Virus record (IMG/VR): IMGVR_UViG_3300044611_001420
From: a virus
Length of the DNA stretch: 64,000 bases
Strand: one strand, 5' to 3'
A model generated the notes under the pieces. It did not search any database, had not been told where the DNA came from, and saw nothing but the letters and a program-made list of their open reading frames with translations. Below, piece after piece: positions 31,295 to 41,864 of the stretch. Positions within the stretch are counted from its first letter, which is position 1, and the number at the start of each line of letters is the position of its first letter. The position numbers were made by a program, and so were the translations under genes.

Positions 31295-31391
31295 GGTCTT
31301 CGCAACTTCGTAGCTTTGAGTTGCAAGACCCGTCCTGTGGTGGGGACGGATTTCAAGGTGGAACAACGGGGGTCTCTGACCCCTTTTTTTT
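31295..31391 (+). ncRNA. Candidate small structured RNA (about 97 nt)
   Basis: Starts at the expected TSS of the promoter; two hairpins, a single-stranded linker and an intrinsic terminator (GGGGTC-TCT-GACCCC plus T run); no ORF. Confidence 0.6.
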
Positions 31392-31421
31392 ATAAATAAT
31401 AGTGTATAGTGTGTGTCCCTG

Positions 31422-32117
31422 ATGAAAAATACTTATTATACTTATGCTTGGTTAAGAGAAGATAAGACCCCTTACTATGTTGGTAAAGGTATTGGTAATA
31501 GAGCATATCGTTCTCATAAAAGAGGCAATAAATATATGCCTTCTCCACCAAAAGATAGAATAATATTTTTAAAGAAAAATCTAACGGAGTTTGATGCATA
31601 TAAGCACGAAAATTATATTATCACTATTTTGGGTTTAAAAAGTGAAGGTGGTTTATTGATTAATATGTCTTATGGTGGAGAAGGAAGTTCTGGAAGAAAA
31701 CCTAGTGAATATTGTATTGAAAGAACTAAACAAGCAAATATAGGGAAAACTCTTACCGAAGAACATAAGAAAAAGGTTTCGCAACAAGTATCTCAAAGGA
31801 GATGGTGGAATAATGGAGAAATAGACAAGCATACTATTGAATGTCCTGGTGATGGATGGGTTCTTGGTAGATTATTTAATTCTAAAAGTGAGAAATACAA
31901 AACAAAAGATTTTGCTGAAAAGTCAAGAAGAACCAATTTGGGGAAAATTGTTAGTGATGAAACAAAAATGAAACAAAGTCAAAAAAGAAAAGGAAGAAAG
32001 TGGTGGAATAATGGAGATAAAACAAAGTTATGTTATGAATGTCCTGGTGATGGTTGGGTTCAAGGAAGACCTGGACCACTTTTCCAAGTGTCCATTCGGG
32101 AATCCCAAGAGCAGTAG
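31422..32117 (+). mobile_element. Free-standing GIY-YIG-like homing endonuclease with NUMOD3-type and WWNNG repeat modules
   Basis: YYTYAWLREDKTPYYVGKG...RAY; TLTEEHKKKVS; two WWNNG...ECPGDGWV.GR repeats; TATAAATA at 31391. Confidence 0.75.
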
Positions 32118-32130
32118 TCTCTGGTATGAT
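32073..32130 (+). promoter_or_regulatory. Phage early/middle promoter element (dyad plus -10)
   Basis: GGACCACTT-TTCC-AAGTGTCC; TATGAT begins 39 nt after the start of the right half-site. Confidence 0.7.
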
Positions 32131-32155
32131 TACGGAGTAGTCAAAAGCAAACCAG

Positions 32156-34345
32156 ATGTCGGTAAATCTAGAAGTTAAAGGAATGCTGGCTAAATGCCTT
32201 GCGATGGAAAATATTATCATTGAGCATAAAAAAGTTCCAACTGCTATGTTTGATGTTGAACGTAGGGTATTGACTTTACCGACTTGGGACAAAGCAAGTG
32301 ATACGGTATATACACTTTTGGTTGCCCACGAAGTGGGCCATAGTTTGCATACCGATAATATTGACTGGACAAAAGATTACCCAGAAGTGCCCAAAGACTT
32401 CGTAAATGTTCTGGAAGATGTTCGTGTAGAACGTCTGATGAAGAAGAAGTATCCTGGTCTGTCTAGGACTTTCTATAATGGTTATAATGAACTCAACAAC
32501 GATGATTTCTTCTCCACCAAAGATGAGAAACTGGATGATTTGAGTTTTATTGACCGAATTAATCTCTACTTCAAGATTGGTGCATTTCACAACATTGCCT
32601 TCAATGATGAAGAAAATGAGTTTCTGACTCGTGCTTCATTGACGGAAACCTTTGATGAAGTTCTGCAACTTTCCCGTGATATTGTTGAGTTTGTAAAATA
32701 CAAAAGGCAAAAAATCAGCAATATGCCCACTCCTGGTGGTAGTGAAGAAATGTCTGGTCCTGGTGGGGAAGAAGTAGAAACTCCTCAACAAACGTCTTCA
32801 TCTGAAGATGGTGATAATTCTAACGGAAAGAACAAAACTGAATTGGATCAAGACTCACAGGGACAGTCTCAATCTGAAGGTGAATCTTTCGGTGAAGAAA
32901 TGTCCAAGTCTATTGAAGCACCAGAGGGTGGTGGATTCGGGCAAGACCCAAGTGATAAGCACGGAAAAACTCTTGAAGATGAACTGTCATCTAAAACTTC
33001 TCGTTCTTTTGATGAAAAGTCTAAAGATTTGGTGGATAAGTATGCTCAAGAAACTCATTATGTGGAACTTCCTAAGATGAATCTTGAGACAATGATTATT
33101 CCCAATAATTATATTCATTATAAAGCAAAAGAGCATTACGCAAGTGTTGGTTCTTGGGTTCGTGATGCTTATGACCTTGCTTGTAAGGAATATAATACCT
33201 ACAAGAAATCAGCAGAGAAAGAAGTTTCTTATCTGGTAAAGGAGTTTGAGTGCAAGAAGTCTGCTGACCAGTATGCTCGTTCTAGTGTTGCTAGAACTGG
33301 TGTTCTTGATACACAGAAACTTCATACTTACAAGTTTAACGAAGACCTGTTTAAGAAAGTTTCTGTAGTCCCTGATGGCAAGAATCACGGTCTTATCTTC
33401 ATTCTTGACTGGTCTGGTTCAATGGGTGAATTCATTCTGGATGCATACAAGCAACTTCTAAATCTCATTTGGTTCTGCCGTAAGGTGAATATTCCTTTTG
33501 AGGTTTATGCTTTTACTCTTGATTGTCATTCTTATGCAGAACTTCAACCAAATCATCCTCCTGTCTATGAAAGGGTTGCAAATGTTCTATCACCTGAGAA
33601 TTCTTTCCGTTTGATGAACTTCTTCACCAGCAAAACAAATACTCGTGTTCTTGAAGAACAACTGAAAAATATTTGGGTTGCTTGTTACTTCTTTCAAAAG
33701 AAAATGGGTTCTGTTCCTCGTCATCTTGACCTTTCTGGTTCTCCTATTGGTGAATCTCTGATGGCACTACACTCTTTGATTCCTGATTTCCAGGCAAAGA
33801 ATAAACTACAAAAGGTCAATGTCATCTTTCTGACTGACGGGGAAGGGTATCAGAATTCAGTGACAACTGAAAGAAAACTTGGAGATGGTACAACCAGAAT
33901 TGGTCATACCAAACACTCTCGGACTTCAATTCGTGATCGTAAGACTGGTAGAATCTATCAACCTTTGAATTACGATAACTTCCCTTTGTATGCTAAAGTT
34001 CTTCTTCAAACAGTCAAAGATAAGTTCCCTATGGTGAATGTGATTAACTTCCGTATCACCCCTAGTCGTGATTTTTCAAACTGTTATCGTTGGTATGGTG
34101 GGGGTCAGTCTTCGGAATACGAAAAAATCAAAACTGATTATCGTAAGGAAGGTTGTGTTCAATTTCAAAACACTGGGTTTGACCAATTCAATGTGGTTCT
34201 TGCATCTTCTCTTGCTCAAGATGAAGAGTTCTCTGTTCCTGAGAATGCAACAAAGTCCCAGATTAAATCATCATTTGTGAGGATGTTGGGTAAGAAGAAA
34301 ACTAACAAGAAACTGCTCAGCAATTTTATTACTCTAGTTGCCTGA
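32156..34345 (+). CDS. Metallopeptidase-motif / VWA domain protein (CobT-like partner of the MoxR ATPase)
   Basis: HEVGH and NVLEDVRVE near the N-terminus; MIDAS DWSGS and LTDGE; acidic linker. Confidence 0.8.
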   Translation: MSVNLEVKGMLAKCLAMENIIIEHKKVPTAMFDVERRVLTLPTWDKASDTVYTLLVAHEVGHSLHTDNIDWTKDYPEVPKDFVNVLEDVRVERLMKKKYPGLSRTFYNGYNELNNDDFFSTKDEKLDDLSFIDRINLYFKIGAFHNIAFNDEENEFLTRASLTETFDEVLQLSRDIVEFVKYKRQKISNMPTPGGSEEMSGPGGEEVETPQQTSSSEDGDNSNGKNKTELDQDSQGQSQSEGESFGEEMSKSIEAPEGGGFGQDPSDKHGKTLEDELSSKTSRSFDEKSKDLVDKYAQETHYVELPKMNLETMIIPNNYIHYKAKEHYASVGSWVRDAYDLACKEYNTYKKSAEKEVSYLVKEFECKKSADQYARSSVARTGVLDTQKLHTYKFNEDLFKKVSVVPDGKNHGLIFILDWSGSMGEFILDAYKQLLNLIWFCRKVNIPFEVYAFTLDCHSYAELQPNHPPVYERVANVLSPENSFRLMNFFTSKTNTRVLEEQLKNIWVACYFFQKKMGSVPRHLDLSGSPIGESLMALHSLIPDFQAKNKLQKVNVIFLTDGEGYQNSVTTERKLGDGTTRIGHTKHSRTSIRDRKTGRIYQPLNYDNFPLYAKVLLQTVKDKFPMVNVINFRITPSRDFSNCYRWYGGGQSSEYEKIKTDYRKEGCVQFQNTGFDQFNVVLASSLAQDEEFSVPENATKSQIKSSFVRMLGKKKTNKKLLSNFITLVA

Positions 34346-34351
34346 CCACCT

Positions 34352-34384
34352 GGGGGAGTATTTAATACTCCCCTCTTATAAATA
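34352..34384 (+). terminator. Hairpin terminator followed by T4-type late promoter
   Basis: GGGGAGTA-TTTAA-TACTCCCC stem, then TATAAATA at 34377. Confidence 0.6.
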
Positions 34385-34403
34385 ACTAAAAAGTATTTGT
34401 AAA

Positions 34404-35231
34404 ATGGACGCTAAAGACATTCGCAATCTTCATGAAGCATATTTGGAAGTTTATCAAGAACAGCAACTTGATGAAGGACTCAAAAAGGCATTTATAAAAG
34501 CATATGGTAGAGCATATGCTACTGCGGGTGATGATTATGCGGATGAAGATGATTTTGAACGAGAAGCAAAAATTAGATCACATATTGAAAGAAGATATGG
34601 ACCTGAAACTGCAAAACACGCAGATGAACATGGATATGTTCAAAGCACAGGAAGAAGATATGGAAGACCTGAACCAAGAATTCAACCAAATAGAAAGTTT
34701 AAGACTACAAAAGCAGGAAAAATGCCTAAAAATGCTCAAAAAGCATTTAAGAATGAGTTGATTCTTAATAAATCCGAAAGAGATAGTCCAACGATTGGTG
34801 GAGTACGTAAACCCAAACATTGGGGTAAAGTTGGTGGGGAAAAAGGACTTCCTGAACAAGTAGACCTCTACGACATCATCCTCTCACACCTTCTTGATGA
34901 AGGGTATGCTGAAACTCAAGAAGCAGCAGAAGCAATCATGGTGAATATGAGTGAAGATTGGAGAGATAGTATTTGTGAAGCAATGGTTGATTCTGGACTA
35001 AAAGGTCAAGAAAAGAAAAAAATTAGAAATGAAAGAAACTTTGAAACAAATACATTATCTAAATCCAAATCCACCAAAGAAAGACATAAAAAGCATAGAG
35101 AAATACGAGGTATGAAAAAAATAAAAGGTGATAAAACTGGAGAAAAAGAATCTTCAATTTTAGCACAAAGTTCTAGGGTTCATAAGTCATATAATAATGG
35201 ATATAATAGAGATGGTAGTTATATGGGTTGA
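34404..35231 (+). CDS. Late basic protein with EGYA...MSE.W module (putative internal head protein)
   Basis: Late promoter; DLYDIILSHLLDEGYAETQEAAEAIMVNMSEDW module shared with the 46071 and 49127 ORFs. Confidence 0.7.
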   Translation: MDAKDIRNLHEAYLEVYQEQQLDEGLKKAFIKAYGRAYATAGDDYADEDDFEREAKIRSHIERRYGPETAKHADEHGYVQSTGRRYGRPEPRIQPNRKFKTTKAGKMPKNAQKAFKNELILNKSERDSPTIGGVRKPKHWGKVGGEKGLPEQVDLYDIILSHLLDEGYAETQEAAEAIMVNMSEDWRDSICEAMVDSGLKGQEKKKIRNERNFETNTLSKSKSTKERHKKHREIRGMKKIKGDKTGEKESSILAQSSRVHKSYNNGYNRDGSYMG

Positions 35232-35288
35232 GACCACTCCCCAAACTGTCCCAAGGTGTCCCAGAGGCACCTTTTTTTGTGCTATGAT
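35231..35288 (+). promoter_or_regulatory. Terminator/promoter element (dyad, hairpin, -10)
   Basis: GACCACTC-CCCA-AACTGTCC, AAGGTGTC/GGCACCTT hairpin with T run, TATGAT at 35283. Confidence 0.7.
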
Positions 35289-35310
35289 TACGAAGTAATC
35301 AAACAAACCG

Positions 35311-36444
35311 ATGCCTACAAAATCTAACATTATGACTGACCAAGCAATCTCTATTCTGAAAGAAAAGTTTGGCACCGAGTTTGGTGTCGATGCTGTAAAA
35401 GAAGTGGCAGCAGAACTGGGCACTTCGTATGCGACTCTTTCTAAGTATCTGAATCAATACAAGACTGGTCGTGGTAAATGGAATCTGGAGGCAACTGTGC
35501 AAGAACTTGAAGAAACTTACAACTCTCCTGCTGCAGAAGGTTCCGATACGGTTCCTGGTGTGGCAACTATGAATTCTGTTGTTCAAAATCTTATTCCTAA
35601 AAAAGATGATACCTTCGTCAGCTTTGGTAATTTCTCTGATATTAAGAAAGTTATTCAGTCTGGTCTATTCTATCCTGCTTTCATCACTGGGCTTTCTGGT
35701 AATGGTAAAACTTTTGGTGTTGAGCAATCTTGTGCCCAACTGAAACGAGAACTTATTCGTGTTAATATCACGATTGAGACTGATGAGGATGACCTGATTG
35801 GTGGTTTCCGACTCGTCAATGGGGAAACCGTGTGGCACAATGGTCCTGTTGTGGAAGCAATGGAACGTGGTGCAATTCTTCTGCTTGATGAGATTGACCT
35901 GGCATCTAATAAGATTATGTGTCTGCAATCTGTCCTGGAAGGCAAAGGTGTCTTTCTGAAGAAAATTGGTAAGCACGTTGTTCCTAAAGCAGGATTCAAT
36001 GTGATTGCAACTGCAAATACCAAAGGTAAGGGTTCTGATGATGGACGTTTCATTGGCACCAATGTTCTCAATGAGGCATTTCTAGAACGATTCCCAATTA
36101 CCTTTGAGCAGGATTATCCTACTCTTGCAACGGAAACCAAAATTTTGACAAAGGTGGCAGAATCACTTAACATTCCTATGATTGGTGAGCATACTGATTT
36201 CATCAAGCATCTCTGTACTTGGTCTGAGATTATTCGTAAGACCTTTACTGATGGTGGTATTGATGAAGTAATTTCTACTCGTCGTCTGGTTCATATTATC
36301 AAAGCATATTCTATCTTTGGTAAGAAAGACAAAGCACTAAAAGTTTGTCTGAATCGTTTTGATGATGAGACTAAAAGTACCTTTGTTGAACTTTACGACA
36401 AGATTGATGCTGAATTTCAGCAAAATAAAACAGAAGAGGGGTGA
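35311..36444 (+). CDS. cobS: CobS-like / MoxR-family AAA+ ATPase
   Basis: Walker A GLSGNGKT, Walker B LLLDEID, ATANTKGKG, NEAFLERF, ISTRRL. Confidence 0.9.
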   Translation: MPTKSNIMTDQAISILKEKFGTEFGVDAVKEVAAELGTSYATLSKYLNQYKTGRGKWNLEATVQELEETYNSPAAEGSDTVPGVATMNSVVQNLIPKKDDTFVSFGNFSDIKKVIQSGLFYPAFITGLSGNGKTFGVEQSCAQLKRELIRVNITIETDEDDLIGGFRLVNGETVWHNGPVVEAMERGAILLLDEIDLASNKIMCLQSVLEGKGVFLKKIGKHVVPKAGFNVIATANTKGKGSDDGRFIGTNVLNEAFLERFPITFEQDYPTLATETKILTKVAESLNIPMIGEHTDFIKHLCTWSEIIRKTFTDGGIDEVISTRRLVHIIKAYSIFGKKDKALKVCLNRFDDETKSTFVELYDKIDAEFQQNKTEEG

Positions 36445-36499
36445 AACTCCCCTTTTCTTTGATATATAAGAACAAGTCCTCTACCCCTATTGATTTTCT

Positions 36500-39147
36500 A
36501 TGACTTCAATTTTTTTGGAAAAAGATTCGGACACAATTTACGAAGAATTTCAAGATACAACTGAAGACACTCAAGAGGAAGAATATAGAGAGGATAGGTT
36601 GGATCAAATGATTTCTAAGTACGGTTGATATGAGGTCTTATGATTCAAAATATGGAACAAATTATCAAAAAAGAACATATTGAAGAGCTTGAAAATTTTG
36701 CTAATTATTTGGGAGTTGATTTTGAAGATTACATAGAGTATCTTCATCCAGATGTAGATTTTGATGACTATTCTAGATAAAATGGAAGAATCACAAATTG
36801 ATGGGTACATTAGTTCAGATAGAATGTGGGCAGCAGTGCCCTGGCACAAAAATAAGTATATCTCCATTTATAATGGACAACAAATATGTGTTCATCATTC
36901 CCTTGAAACCGCAAAGAAATTCATTCAAAAGGAAACTCGTAGAAAAAAATGATTAGTGCAATTGAAACCTTTCAACAAAACGAAAATCACATCTATGTTC
37001 GTGGTATTGTGGAAGATATGGTGGAAGTATATCCTCCGACTCTTTATGACCCACCAGAATATGGTCCAGCACTTTGTGAAGCAAGTTTTGAATTGGATGA
37101 AGATGAAGTTCTTCCTGAAGGTGAAGATGCTTTGCTTGATTATCTAAATGAACTTTACCTTGATTGGAGGATTATAGATACTAGTGATTATAATCTTGGT
37201 TTTACTGAATGACTTCCTACTATTTTTGGTTTGGAATTTTTATGTTTGTTGGATACTTGATAGCAACAGATGATAGTGTTGCTTATGCTGTTGTATTAGT
37301 ATCTAAAATTGTAAAGTTCCAATACGAAAAAACAAAGTGGTGGATACTCCATAATCCTGCAAATCCAATTGTGAAGTACCTAATATGGCGTCGTGCATTA
37401 AGACTTGCGAAGGAACTTGAAAAAGAATTCAAGAAGTGATATAATTAGTATTGTGTTTATTCGCACACATTATGGCTAGAACTCATCGCAATCTTGAAGG
37501 AATGCATAGGGGAGCACTTCGTTTTCCACATACCTTCAACGAAATTAAACAGTTGGATGGAATCTTACACGAAGAAGACTTGGAGGGTCTTCCAGTTTCT
37601 GGATTGAATCATATGAAAGCACGAGAGCACCAGTTGCCGACTGCTTGGGATGATAGAGTTGTAAGTGGGTATTATCAAGAAGATTATGAAACAGACACCT
37701 AATTAAGTGTCCTTCACCCTTTCCCAAGAACGGGGAAGGGTGTTATAATATGGAGAGAACACAGGAGCATCTATGACCGAGGAACATCCCACCCACGAAG
37801 AAATGTTGGAAATCGCAGCACAACGAGAAGCAGAAAACAAAGAGCAAAAAGAAGAACAACAAAACACAGAAAACCTTGTTATTCATACACTCTAATGGCA
37901 TCCAAAAAAGAAGAAACAAAACCAGATTTTCCTCATATACAGTTTCCTATTCTTGTTATACATAAAGATGGAAAAGAATTGAAAGACACTAAAAAGTGTT
38001 ATTTTCAAAATATGAATCACGCAGAGAAATACATCTCTAAGTGCAATTTCAAACAAAAAGATTATCAACTATTCATTAAACCTGGAACAAATGTGGAGAC
38101 TGTGGTGCAAGGCACTGGGAGAAAAAGTAGGAAAAAACAATAAAGAGGCAGATAAGATTGCACTAATTAGAACAATTCTGTTCGCAACCTATTTGATTAC
38201 TAATTTATTCATATGTGCTGGTGTAATTCGTCATTGGAATGACAGCACAGAAATTTATATTCAAGTTGATGAAGTTAAAAGTGGAACAACTTTATGATGA
38301 TTGCTTTTATGTAAAGCAAATGAAATGGGGAACTTGGGACAGTTACGATAAAGATGGCAGACCAATTATTACTTCATTGACTGAAGATAATTGTGTTAGG
38401 GCAACAAGACAATACTTGAAGTGGAAACAAGAAGGTATCCTAAATGATGTAGGAGTTTCCTACGAGGGCACAGTAGGTGGAAAACTTTAAACATGGAGAT
38501 AAAGTAATTTACATTGGTTGTACTCAAGAACAAATTAATTGGGGGACCAATGATGATCCAAGAAAAATCTTATTTGAAAATACTGTGTATTACGTAGAAA
38601 AAGTCAACGTTCGTTCTCAACATACAAAATTGACTTTAAGGGGGGTTTGTGGTAATTTTAATAGTGTCTGCTTTAGGAAAATATGACTAAAAGAACTTAT
38701 ACGCAAAAAGATGGAACAATTTGGGAATGGAACGAAACTGCAGAACTTTCTAAGTTCATTAAACAACTACACACAAAAGAGCCAATTCCCCCAATTAGAC
38801 CCAACAACACCGTGGTTTGAATTTAATAGTTACATTGAATGTTGTAACAGTTTGGGAAGACCAGTAAGAGTTGGTGGGTTTATGAGGTATCAAGCATATC
38901 TTAAAGAAATAGGAGTAATATGAGTGATTCTTATTGGTTTAATAAAAAATGGGGTCTTAAACAGAATACTCCTATGGATGATGTTTATGAACGTTTAACT
39001 CAACTTGAAAATGAAGTCAACAAACTAAAAGAAGAAAATATAGAATTGACAAATTCGTTGTATGAGGTTGAACACAGATTACAAGCAAAGATTGACAATA
39101 TTCATCCAGTAACCTACAATTTAAGTAATTATACTCTAGACAAATGA
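36500..39147 (+). other. Run of short, tightly packed hypothetical ORFs (e.g. 36500-36628, 36761-36952, 36949-37212, 37209-37439, 37472-37702, 37773-37895, 37895-38143, 38091-38297, 38239-38490, 38477-38686, 38920-39147)
   Basis: ATGA/TAATG stop-start overlaps; dyad promoter element at 37694-37749. Confidence 0.6.
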
Positions 39148-39434
39148 CTTTTAATGTAACTCTCCGTTCCGCTGACGGAACCGAACAAACTATTCAATGC
39201 CCCGAAGACCAATACATTCTTGATGCTGCCGAATACGCAGGCATCGACCTTCCTTCGTCCTGCCGTGCTGGTGCTTGCTCTGCTTGCGTTGGTAAAGTTG
39301 TGGAAGGTGAAGTGGATAATTCCGAACAATCCTTCCTTGATGATGACCAAATGAATGAGGGGTTCTCTATGCTTTGTGTTGCATATCCTCTGAGCGATTG
39401 TGTGATTGAAACAGAGCAAGAGGAGAATCTCTGA
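39144..39434 (+). CDS. petF: Plant-type [2Fe-2S] ferredoxin
   Basis: [23 protein letters not shown]...QSFLDDDQ...[14 protein letters not shown]. Confidence 0.97.
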   Translation: MTFNVTLRSADGTEQTIQCPEDQYILDAAEYAGIDLPSSCRAGACSACVGKVVEGEVDNSEQSFLDDDQMNEGFSMLCVAYPLSDCVIETEQEENL

Positions 39435-39634
39435 TGTACAATGACCTCACAGAATATGAACGGGCACTCGCACGATTTGGTGATAAAGTTGGACTCATTG
39501 CAGGACTTGAAATTGCAGATAAAATCTCACCAGAGGATGCTTATCAACAAATTCGTATCCTCTTTAAAGAACTTAAGAAACTTCGTAAAGTTGAAAAGAA
39601 ATCTTGGGAATCTGATATTCATATTGATATGTGA
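39434..39634 (+). CDS. Hypothetical protein
   Basis: 66 aa, coupled to petF by a TGATG overlap. Confidence 0.65.
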   Translation: MYNDLTEYERALARFGDKVGLIAGLEIADKISPEDAYQQIRILFKELKKLRKVEKKSWESDIHIDM

Positions 39635-39885
39635 TGGAAGATACTCTAAAAATCACTCAAAATGAAGATGGGTCTTATACAGTAGATTGGTCTCCAGATG
39701 ATCCCAAATGGAAGTTTATGAATAATCTTACTAGTAAAGAGGTGCAGATTATTATTGAGCAAGCGATTCAAGATTATCTTGCCAATAAATAATATTGCTT
39801 TTGTTTGTGGTTATTCAGAAGCAAAGAGTGGGAGCAGAAATGCTCCTTTTCTTGTATAAATACTATTACCACAAACAAAAAGCAG

Positions 39886-40482
39886 ATGGAATACTACACT
39901 TACGCTTATTTGCGTGAAGATGGCACACCTTATTATATTGGTAAGGGGAAGGGTAATAGAATGTATAAAAAAGGAAAGGGTGAAGTTTATCCACCAAAAA
40001 ATAAAGGTAAAATAATTAAATTAAAACAAAATCTAACTGAAAAAGAGGCATTTAAGCACGAAAAGTATATGATTTCCGTGTTTGGTAGAAAGGATTTAGG
40101 GACTGGTATTTTAAGAAACAAAACTGGTGGTGGAGATGGACCTTCTGGTTATATTATGAGTGAGGAGCAAAAAATGCTTTTAAGTAGGATACACTCTGGT
40201 AAAAATCTTACAGAAGAACATAGAAAAAAAATAAGTGAAGCAAATAAAAGACGAGATGCTGGAAAATATAAAAGAACTCCAGAAACTTTGTTAAAGATGA
40301 AAAATTCCAGAAAACTTATCAAGTATTACTTAAAACATAAGGATGGGACTGAATTGATAATTGATAGTATGAATGAGTTTTGTAAAAAATATCCACATTT
40401 GGATAGGAGTGCTATGAATAGAGTTGGGCGTGGAAAAAATAAAACACACAAGGGATGGACAGTTAAAAAATTGGAACAATAA
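39886..40482 (+). mobile_element. Second GIY-YIG-like homing endonuclease
   Basis: MEYYTYAYLREDGTPYYIGKG; paralogue of the 31422 ORF; TATAAATA at 39855 supports ATG 39886. Confidence 0.75.
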
Positions 40483-40538
40483 CTGGACACATCTTGAAAC
40501 TTGTGATATGATGGAACAAGCAATCGAGGACTTTATTA

Positions 40539-40997
40539 ATGGACTTTAATTACAAAAAGTACTCACTTGAACAACTTGAAAACTGGGTACACGATGCAGT
40601 AAATGGTGAGGCATCTCCACAAGAAATCTATGATGTCATCAAAGGTGTTGTAGATGAGCAATATCATTACCATAAACATCATACTGGTCGTTGTTATGAT
40701 CTTCTTGCTCTTCTGAATGGTAATGGTAAAGGTCATATTCAAGCATATGATGATTTTCTAAGCAAAGATCGCAATAGCAACTTTCCAGGTGAAAATACAA
40801 TAAAAGATAAAGTAACCAAGTGGCAACTTCCCATTGAAGTTGATGGTCCAAGTGGTGAATACTTTATTACTTTCCCTGATGATCTGCTAGAGGCAGCAAA
40901 TCTTAAAGAAGGGGATCAAATTGAGTGGGTAGATAATGGAGATGGTTCTTATACCATCTGTAAAGTGACTAAAGAAATTAAAATGGAGCAATGTTGA
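40539..40997 (+). CDS. Protein with C-terminal AbrB/MazE-like DNA-binding domain
   Basis: GEYFITFPDDLLEAANLKEGDQIEWVDNGDGSYTI. Confidence 0.65.
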   Translation: MDFNYKKYSLEQLENWVHDAVNGEASPQEIYDVIKGVVDEQYHYHKHHTGRCYDLLALLNGNGKGHIQAYDDFLSKDRNSNFPGENTIKDKVTKWQLPIEVDGPSGEYFITFPDDLLEAANLKEGDQIEWVDNGDGSYTICKVTKEIKMEQC

Positions 40998-41231
40998 ATG
41001 GCACTATCACAATCAGTTGAAGAATCTCTCAAAGAAGCAGAAGCATCTCTTAGGAATGCATTAGCATATGCTGCTCGTCAAGAACGTCCAATGGTTTGCA
41101 GTGTCATTGCGGATATGATTTCTCGCATTCAAACTCTACAAAATACTGATGCCCTTTTGGATAAACTAGAAAATCGTAAACCAGGAAGTAGTGGTTTCTT
41201 TGGAACATTTTTTGGAAAAGAAGATGAGTGA
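40998..41231 (+). CDS. Hypothetical protein
   Basis: 77-aa ORF abutting the previous gene. Confidence 0.6.
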   Translation: MALSQSVEESLKEAEASLRNALAYAARQERPMVCSVIADMISRIQTLQNTDALLDKLENRKPGSSGFFGTFFGKEDE

Positions 41232-41589
41232 AAAACAACCAAATGAATTCGGAAAAGCAATGCAAGAGTGGTGGGACTCTGATGCTTGTAAGCAATTGCA
41301 GAAGTCTCATAAGGAAGCAAAGGAACGAGCAGTAGGAAAGTATTTTATGCTTTCTGAAGAAGATAAACTAGATATGGTTGATGCAATTTGCACAATTATG
41401 TGCAAAGCAGAACAAGAAGGAACCAGTCATCGTGGTCTACAAGATAAACTTGGAATCTATCCTGCTGGTTTCTGGATTGATAATCTTATGGACGTGCATA
41501 ATGCTTTGTGGTCTTATTATCACGATAAGAAGCAAGAAAAGGAACTTGAAGAGGATATCAAAACTTTACAAGACTTTACAGAAACCTGA
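41224..41589 (+). CDS. Hypothetical protein
   Basis: MSEKQPNEFG... overlapping the upstream stop. Confidence 0.6.
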   Translation: MSEKQPNEFGKAMQEWWDSDACKQLQKSHKEAKERAVGKYFMLSEEDKLDMVDAICTIMCKAEQEGTSHRGLQDKLGIYPAGFWIDNLMDVHNALWSYYHDKKQEKELEEDIKTLQDFTET

Positions 41590-41864
41590 AGACAATATTA
41601 AGGAATCAGTGATTGTCTAGATAGTATGTTAGGATATGCTCATCAATTGAGGCTAGTATGACTTATTCGGAGAATTTCAATTCACAACTTTCTAATGATG
41701 AGTGGAATGAGTTAGTTGCACTTAAAAATGTAATCAATCAAAACCCAGCAGCAGTCCATCCAGAAAAAATGGAACTTTTTACTGCACTTCTTGTTAAAAC
41801 TCTTGAGGGTAAAGGTGATTGATTTTGACCTCTGATAAATAGTCAGAGGTTTTTTTGTATTCAA

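Noticed and set aside
35311-36444. Cobalamin biosynthesis role for cobS
   Set aside because: No other cob genes in the window; the pairing with a VWA protein fits a generic MoxR chaperone.
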